Assembly: GCA_023268805.1 (NCBI GenBank)
Contig: JALRKT010000001.1
Location: 20,561-84,560, forward strand
Length of the DNA: 64,000 bases
Origin: Bacilli bacterium
GTDB lineage: Bacteria; Bacillota_I; Bacilli_A; RFN20; CAG-826
Direction of reading: 5' to 3'
Shown here: one piece after another, positions 57,814-64,000 of the stretch
Layout: each line of letters opens with the position of its first letter
How positions within the stretch are numbered: the stretch's first letter is position 1
Program-made: the position numbers and the translations under genes
The notes under the pieces: generated by a model
Told to the model about the DNA's origin: nothing
Databases searched by the model: none
What the model saw: only the letters and a program-made list of their open reading frames with translations

Positions 57814-59502
57814 TCAAAAACCCGTACGATTAAATAACCGTTCCAGTTGGGCGACCGAATAATGAATCATCGTAGGACGTCCGTGCGGACACGCATACGG
57901 AAATTGGCATTGAAGCAAGCGTTTTACTAAAACATTGAGACTGTCATGATCAAGATGATCATGGGCTTTAATCGACATTTTGCAGGCTTTCGATGCGATC
58001 GCGTATAGACGTAATTTATCTTCGTTTAATGCGGTTTCATGAAAGAGTTGTTGTAATAAATCATCAATGTAGACTGCACCCATCGATGCGGCCCATGTCG
58101 GTAAAGTATTCACCTTTAAACTAAAATCACCAAACCATTCGAGTTCAACCCCTACGTGTTTAAGTTGGTTAAGCAGGGACTCTGTTAATTTTGATTTATC
58201 ACTGGGTGAAATATCGACCACAAGCGGAATTAACGGTTCCATCGCATACGTATGTTCTTGGATACGCGCTAATTGTTCTTCATAATGAATGCGTTCATGA
58301 GCAGCATGCTGATCAATCACGTAATATCCTTCATGGTCGTCTTTGCATAAAACATAGGTGGCATCTAAAACGCCCATGACCGTTAAAGCAGGTTCGGTGG
58401 ATTCTGATTCTGCAAATGTCAATAAAATCGGTTGAATATCCTCTTCAGAGGAAGATAGTGGTGTCGGTGAGGAAGGTAGACTCGCCATCACCGTTTCTTG
58501 CAAAGGTGTGGCAACCACGTCATGACGTTTTAATGTTTTGTCGACAAGATTTAAAAGAACCTTACGAAGATGATCTTCTTTTGAAAAACGAATATCGCGC
58601 TTAGCAGGGTGGACATTCACATCCAATAAATTCGGTTCAATCGTAAGTTGTAAAACAACCATCGGAAAGCGAACGGGTGGTAAAAAGGGTCGATACGCTT
58701 CAATGAGCGCTTGTTGAATTTTGGGCATAAAGACACTACGACCATTGACGGAAACATACATCCCATAACGGTGCGATTTGGCAATATCGGGTTTTCCAAA
58801 AAATCCGATTAATTTCACATCCGGATCTTCATACGAAATCGGGAGCATATGCGTTGCCGTCGTCGAGCCTAAACATGCGGTGATCGTGTTAATTAGTGAC
58901 CCTCTTCCATCGGTGACAAAAACCCGTTTTCCATCCCCATGAAGCACAAAGGCAATGGAAGGATGCGCAAAGGCAGCCCGCATGACCACATCGACAATCG
59001 CGCTTGCTTCAATTGCATCATTTTTCAAATATTTCAATCGGGCGGGTGTGTTATAAAACAAATCTTGGACCGTGACGGTGGTACCGATGGACCGTGCCGC
59101 AGCAGAAATCATGGGTTTTTCGTTCACCAACGTTAATTGATGACCTCCCTTTTCCCCCGTGGAGGTCGTAATGGATAATTGAGAAACCGAGGCAATCGAA
59201 GGCAAAGCTTCGCCACGAAACCCTAAGGTTTGAATGCGAAATAAACTTTCTTCTGTGAGGAGCTTGCTTGTCGCATGGCGGGCAATCGATAAGCGTAAAT
59301 CATCTTGATCCATGCCCGTACCATTATCTGTCACTTCAATCAGCGTACGACCGGCATCTTGAATGGTGATTTCAATCCGTGTTGCTTTTGCATCAATGGC
59401 GTTTTCAAGAAGTTCTTTAACGACACTACTGGGCCGTTCAATCACTTCGCCAGCGGCAATCATATTGGCAAGTTGAGATGATAACTTTTGAATCTTGCCC
59501 AT
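57814..59502 (-). CDS. mutL: DNA mismatch repair endonuclease MutL
   Basis: IAAGEVIERP, GFRGEAL, DVNVHP.K, DQHAAHERIHYE, CPHGRP. Confidence 0.98.
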   Translation of the reverse strand: MGKIQKLSSQLANMIAAGEVIERPSSVVKELLENAIDAKATRIEITIQDAGRTLIEVTDNGTGMDQDDLRLSIARHATSKLLTEESLFRIQTLGFRGEALPSIASVSQLSITTSTGEKGGHQLTLVNEKPMISAAARSIGTTVTVQDLFYNTPARLKYLKNDAIEASAIVDVVMRAAFAHPSIAFVLHGDGKRVFVTDGRGSLINTITACLGSTTATHMLPISYEDPDVKLIGFFGKPDIAKSHRYGMYVSVNGRSVFMPKIQQALIEAYRPFLPPVRFPMVVLQLTIEPNLLDVNVHPAKRDIRFSKEDHLRKVLLNLVDKTLKRHDVVATPLQETVMASLPSSPTPLSSSEEDIQPILLTFAESESTEPALTVMGVLDATYVLCKDDHEGYYVIDQHAAHERIHYEEQLARIQEHTYAMEPLIPLVVDISPSDKSKLTESLLNQLKHVGVELEWFGDFSLKVNTLPTWAASMGAVYIDDLLQQLFHETALNEDKLRLYAIASKACKMSIKAHDHLDHDSLNVLVKRLLQCQFPYACPHGRPTMIHYSVAQLERLFNRTGF

Positions 59503-59503
59503 C

Positions 59504-62005
59504 TTATTTGACCTTCTTCTTTAATTCAATGAGATATTGCAAAGCGGCTAATGGCGATAGGGTTAACGGATCAAGTTCGCGAAGTTCTTGCTCAAACGGA
59601 GAAGGTTGCTTCATTGTAAAAGGTTCGCTAGCCCGTTGTTTTGTAGGGGCATTTTCAAAATGTTCTAAAAGTGTATGAGCTCTTTCAGTAATCGCTTGAG
59701 GTAAGCCTGCTAAGGTGGCAACATGAACCCCATAGGAACGCTCCATCGCCCCAGGTTTCATTTGGTATAAAAACGTAATTTCATGATCTTTTTCAACGAC
59801 GGAAGCATGAAGATTGGTCAGTTGCGGTCGGTCTTTTTCTAAGGCAGTGAGTTCATGATAGTGAGTGGAAAAAAGGGTTTTACATTGAATGTGGGTATCG
59901 ACGTATTCAATGATCGCCTGGGCAAGCGCCATCCCATCATAGGTGGAGGTCCCTCGACCTATTTCATCGAAAATGAGCAAGGAATGACGTGTCGCTTCTT
60001 GCAAAGCATATTGGGTTTGCGCCATTTCCATCATGAAGGTGGATTGCCCTCCCACGAGATCATCACTTGCGCCCATACGAGTAAACACATGATCAAATAA
60101 CGGCAGTTTCGCGGATTGACAAGGTACAAAACACCCTATCTGCGCCATGATTACCGTTAATGCGATTTGCCGCATAAACGTCGATTTCCCGCCCATATTG
60201 GGACCGGTAATGAGCACGGTATGGTGATCGGGATCGAGGACTAAATCATTGGCAACAAACGTTCGTTTTTTCATGACTTTTTCAATCACAGGATGACGTG
60301 ATTGTTTTAATTCAAGATGGGAAGATTTTTGTAAGGAAGGTCGGGTCCATTGATAAAGCATACTCGTGTAACTAAAACTCACCAGCACATCCATGGTTGC
60401 TAAGGTTTCTGAAAGTGTATGCCAGGAAGGAATGGAAGGAAGTAACTGTTGAATGATGTCATAAAAGAGTTGTTCTTCACGTTTCATCCGTTGATCTTGA
60501 GCATGAAGTAATTTAAGTTCAAGGGCTTTAAGTTCAGGTGTCATGAACCGTTCCCCGTTTGTCAAAGTTTGTTTTCGTTCATAACCAAATTCAGGTAATA
60601 CTTGGCTAAGTTGCCCATTACTAATTTCGATATAATAACCAAACACTTTGTTATAACTAATTTTTAAATTTTTAATGCCCGTACGTGCACGTTCTACACC
60701 TTCCATATCGAGCAATTGTTGACGCCCCCCTTGGGCGAGTTCCATCCATTCATCCAGGGTTGCATCATACCCTTTTTGGAACATAAGTCCTTCTTTTATC
60801 GTGACAGGGACTTCTTCTAAAAATGCGCGATTAAGCAAATCAACTACCGATGTTAAATCAGGGATAGCCTCTTGAAAGGAAGCAACAAGCGGTCCTTTAA
60901 GTTGTTGTAAATAGTCGCGAATGGTGGGGATCATAAGGAATGATTTTTTTAAACTTAATAAATCGCGAGCATTCGCATTTTGATATTGAATACGCGTTAA
61001 AATACGGGGAATATCATAAAGACCATGAAGCGTTTGTCGTAAGCCTTCAAGAATGAGGCGTTGATCTAATAATTGTTCAACGAGGTCATAGCGTGCCTCT
61101 ATGGTCGCCCGGTCATAGGATGGTTGAATGAGCCATTGTTTGAGTAAACGGGACCCCATGACGGTTTGTGTTTCATCCAATAACCAAAAAAGCGAGCCGT
61201 ACTTATCTTGATGTTTTAAGGATTGGGTGAGTTCAAGATGCTGAATCGTATCCGCATCTAAAGTCATCCGTGCTTGATTCGCTAATAATACCGGGGGTTT
61301 TAAGAAGGATAAGTCTCGTTTTTGTGTCCGCTTTAAATACGCGGATAAACGCATAAATGCCATCACAAAATCTTCATCAAATGGCAAGGTTGAAGGCGAT
61401 GCTTCACGGTCTTGAACACTCAATAAAATAGAGGTGTGTTCCGTTAATGTCTTCATCGTTTCATGAAGGGATGCATCGATAATGAGTTCTTTGGCATTGA
61501 TTTTTCGAAGCATCGCGAGCAATGCTTGAGCATCGAGCGGACAATGATCAAAGAAAACATCCCCTGTGACAATATCCGCATACGCAAAGGTATAGCGGTA
61601 GTCCGCCTTTTCCATCGCAACAATAAAAAGGTGTTCCCCTTCATCGCGATCAATATACGCACCCGGCGTATAAATTTGCGTCACATCGCGTTGAACCAAA
61701 CCTTTAGCAAGGGCAGGATCTTCGAGTTGTTCTACAATACCGACACGATACCCTTTTTGAATGAGGCGGGTAATATAATTTTTGGATGAATGATGCGGAA
61801 CGCCACACATGGGGACACGTGATTCACTTCCAGCATTTTTTCCAGTAAGAACCAAACCGAGTTCTCGCGATGCGGTTTCAGCATCCTGAAAGAAAAGCTC
61901 ATAAAAATCACCTAAACGAAAAAAGATTAACGTATCAGGATACCGTTCTTTGATGCTTAAATATTGCATCATCATCGGGGTATAAGGGGCGTTATTCTTT
62001 TTCAT
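59504..62005 (-). CDS. mutS: DNA mismatch repair protein MutS
   Basis: TPMM.QY, GDFYELF, GPNMGGKST, STFM.EM, DEIGRGT. Confidence 0.98.
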   Translation of the reverse strand: MKKNNAPYTPMMMQYLSIKERYPDTLIFFRLGDFYELFFQDAETASRELGLVLTGKNAGSESRVPMCGVPHHSSKNYITRLIQKGYRVGIVEQLEDPALAKGLVQRDVTQIYTPGAYIDRDEGEHLFIVAMEKADYRYTFAYADIVTGDVFFDHCPLDAQALLAMLRKINAKELIIDASLHETMKTLTEHTSILLSVQDREASPSTLPFDEDFVMAFMRLSAYLKRTQKRDLSFLKPPVLLANQARMTLDADTIQHLELTQSLKHQDKYGSLFWLLDETQTVMGSRLLKQWLIQPSYDRATIEARYDLVEQLLDQRLILEGLRQTLHGLYDIPRILTRIQYQNANARDLLSLKKSFLMIPTIRDYLQQLKGPLVASFQEAIPDLTSVVDLLNRAFLEEVPVTIKEGLMFQKGYDATLDEWMELAQGGRQQLLDMEGVERARTGIKNLKISYNKVFGYYIEISNGQLSQVLPEFGYERKQTLTNGERFMTPELKALELKLLHAQDQRMKREEQLFYDIIQQLLPSIPSWHTLSETLATMDVLVSFSYTSMLYQWTRPSLQKSSHLELKQSRHPVIEKVMKKRTFVANDLVLDPDHHTVLITGPNMGGKSTFMRQIALTVIMAQIGCFVPCQSAKLPLFDHVFTRMGASDDLVGGQSTFMMEMAQTQYALQEATRHSLLIFDEIGRGTSTYDGMALAQAIIEYVDTHIQCKTLFSTHYHELTALEKDRPQLTNLHASVVEKDHEITFLYQMKPGAMERSYGVHVATLAGLPQAITERAHTLLEHFENAPTKQRASEPFTMKQPSPFEQELRELDPLTLSPLAALQYLIELKKKVK

Positions 62006-62046
62006 GGTTGCCCTTATTTTATCATAATCACCACGAAGAAACGGGC

Positions 62047-62358
62047 CTATTCAATAATGGCCTGTAATTGGTCTAGTAAGGGTTTTATCTCGGCTTTAAT
62101 CGCTTCGTAATTTTGTACAAGCGGATGCGCTTCAAATAAGTCAAGGTGATGTTCATACGCCGCTTTATGGTGTTGATAAAGCGCCGCTTCATGGATGGTT
62201 TTCATCATCTTTTTTTGATGATCTTTAGCCAATTCTTGTTGTTCCATAAGATAGGGATCGGCGGCGATTTGTTCGCGTAAGGAAAAAAAGCGTTGGACTT
62301 CGGGAAGACTTAAAAGGGCATCTTTGAGTGCCTGGGTTTTACGCTCGAGCTCCGTCAT
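62047..62358 (-). CDS. RicA/YmcA-family regulator (Com_YlbF domain)
   Basis: L.EV..F and HPLVQNY motifs; between miaB and mutS as for B. subtilis ymcA. Confidence 0.7.
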   Translation of the reverse strand: MTELERKTQALKDALLSLPEVQRFFSLREQIAADPYLMEQQELAKDHQKKMMKTIHEAALYQHHKAAYEHHLDLFEAHPLVQNYEAIKAEIKPLLDQLQAIIE

Positions 62359-63796
62359 CTACACGTTCTCCAAATAAGGTATACACATTGGATTCTTGAA
62401 TACGAACATAGACAATTTTTCCGGTTAACGATGCATCCCCTTTAAAGTGAACGAGCTTGGCATTTTCAGTGTACGCAGACAACATATCGTCTTTACGCTT
62501 ACTAATGCCATCCACAAGAACTGGATAGATGCCACCGACCATGACTTCTGCACGTTCTTTTGCAATCGCATCGACGACTTCTTTTAGGCGATAAAAACGA
62601 TCTTGTTTCTCTTCGAGCGTCACATTATCCATCATTTTAAAGGCAGGTGTCCCTTTTCGAGGTGAATAAATAAACGTATAACAGGCATCAAACGCAATTT
62701 CTTTCACGAGTGCAAGCGTCCCTTGAAATTGTTCTTCGGTTTCATTCGGGAAACCGACAATGATATCTGTTGTTAACGTTAAATTAGGAATTCGTTCCCG
62801 CATGCGACGGACGAGGTCTGTATAAGAAGCCACCGTGTAACGACGTGCCATGAGACGTAACACCATATCATCCCCTGCTTGGAACGGAAGATGAATATGT
62901 TTCATGATGTTGTCGTATTTAGCAATCGTATCAATCATGGCGTCGGTAAAATCCCAAGGATGTGACGTCATAAAGCGCAAGCGAGGAATGCCGGTTTCTG
63001 CAACGGCTTGTAGTAATTGTGCAAAATCGGTTCCGTCTTTAAAATCTTTCCCGTATGAGTTGACATTTTGACCGACTAAGGTAATTTCTTGATACCCTTC
63101 GTCGACAAGTTGCTTACATTCTTGAATGATATCGGGAAGATGACGGGAGCGTTCTTTCCCTCGTGTATAAGGAACGATACAGTACGTGCAAAATTTATCA
63201 CAACCATACATGATGTTGACAAACGCTTTATAACGGTGGGTACGTTTAGTCGGCATATTTTCAATGATTTCTCCATACTTGGAGGGAACATTGACAATGC
63301 GAACACGTTTTTCATACACTTCATCGAGTAATTCTAAAAGATGATGAATATTGTGGGTACCAAACATTAAATCGACGTGGCGGTAGACTTGGGTGATTTT
63401 ATCCACGATATGCGTTTGTTGAACCATACAACCCGCTACGGCAATAATCATGTCGGGTTTTTGTGTTTTCAATGTTTTCAGTAGTCCTAATTCGCCAAAG
63501 ACTTTATCCTCGGCATTTTCGCGAATCGCACACGTATTAATAATGACAAGATCGGCAAGTGATTCTTCTTGAACCGAGGTAAAGCCTGCAAGTTCAAGAT
63601 AACCGCGCATATGTTCCTCATCACGCACGTTGGCTTGGCAGCCATACGTACGAATAAAGTAACGACGCCCAAAGGCATATTCACGTAGACGTTCTGGAAC
63701 AACAATCTCATCGCGAACGACAGGAATTTCTTGCCGGACACGGGAACGTGCTTTATCTAAATCAGGTTTATCAATAATATCAATTACTTTTGCCAT
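62339..63796 (-). CDS. miaB: tRNA-2-methylthio-N6-dimethylallyladenosine synthase (radical SAM)
   Basis: TYGCQ.N, NTCAIRE.AE, GCDKFCTYC, TSHP.D, TDIIVGFP.ET, TRAM-like C-terminus. Confidence 0.97.
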   Translation of the reverse strand: MAKVIDIIDKPDLDKARSRVRQEIPVVRDEIVVPERLREYAFGRRYFIRTYGCQANVRDEEHMRGYLELAGFTSVQEESLADLVIINTCAIRENAEDKVFGELGLLKTLKTQKPDMIIAVAGCMVQQTHIVDKITQVYRHVDLMFGTHNIHHLLELLDEVYEKRVRIVNVPSKYGEIIENMPTKRTHRYKAFVNIMYGCDKFCTYCIVPYTRGKERSRHLPDIIQECKQLVDEGYQEITLVGQNVNSYGKDFKDGTDFAQLLQAVAETGIPRLRFMTSHPWDFTDAMIDTIAKYDNIMKHIHLPFQAGDDMVLRLMARRYTVASYTDLVRRMRERIPNLTLTTDIIVGFPNETEEQFQGTLALVKEIAFDACYTFIYSPRKGTPAFKMMDNVTLEEKQDRFYRLKEVVDAIAKERAEVMVGGIYPVLVDGISKRKDDMLSAYTENAKLVHFKGDASLTGKIVYVRIQESNVYTLFGERVDDGARA

Positions 63797-63799
63797 AAT

Positions 63800-64000
63800 T
63801 TACCTCCATTTTAACACACGGGATACACGCTGAATGCGTTCGACTTGATGGTGGTCATTCACGGTAAGAATAACCCCGTTGAGAATCGCATCTTCCCCTA
63901 AATCAATCGCATGGACAACTTTTTCTTGTTTCCACAATCGTTGAATAATAATTTCTTTTTTGACCCCTAAGACACTTTGATACGGTCCGCACATTCCAAC
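63800..64000 (-). CDS. YmdB-like metallophosphoesterase, C-terminal part (5' truncated by window)
   Basis: VGMCGPYQSVLG resembles the YmdB DVGMTGP.DSV.G motif; upstream of miaB as in Bacilli. Confidence 0.75.
   Translation of the reverse strand, partial: VGMCGPYQSVLGVKKEIIIQRLWKQEKVVHAIDLGEDAILNGVILTVNDHHQVERIQRVSRVLKWR

Overview
64 kb of densely packed core-genome DNA from a streamlined, AT-rich member of the Bacillota (class Bacilli, probably an uncultured Erysipelotrichales/Mollicutes-adjacent lineage; inferred from gene content and order, not from a database search). TGA is used as a stop, so this is genetic code 11, not the Mycoplasma code. About 55 CDS cover glycolysis (eno, gpmI, pgi, fba), tRNA synthetases (proS, trpS, argS, gltX), RNA metabolism and modification (rnj, rsmD, miaA, miaB, an RluA-family synthase, hpf, a cold-shock protein, RicA/RicF-like proteins), repair (mutS, mutL), metK, coaD, nadK, spx, rpoE, mgtE, zupT and several surface or lipoproteins. 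There are nine tRNA genes and eight clear intrinsic terminators. I saw no CRISPR, IS, integrase or prophage. Best leads: (1) a SAM-I-type riboswitch upstream of metK that appears to lack the kink-turn; (2) an operon of a YghO/bCerS-like GNAT, a PlsC-family acyltransferase and a GltS-like symporter that may make an amide-linked lipid; (3) many SD-less genes starting 6-7 nt after a -10 box (leaderless mRNAs), plus two SD-less genes directly behind tRNA-Ser genes; (4) a degenerate GGDEF-EAL membrane protein overlapping proS; (5) a tandem pair of highly diverged MacB-like ABC fusions; (6) a 1,012-aa lipoprotein with nuclease-associated accessory domains but no recognisable catalytic domain. All family assignments come from motif recognition by eye.
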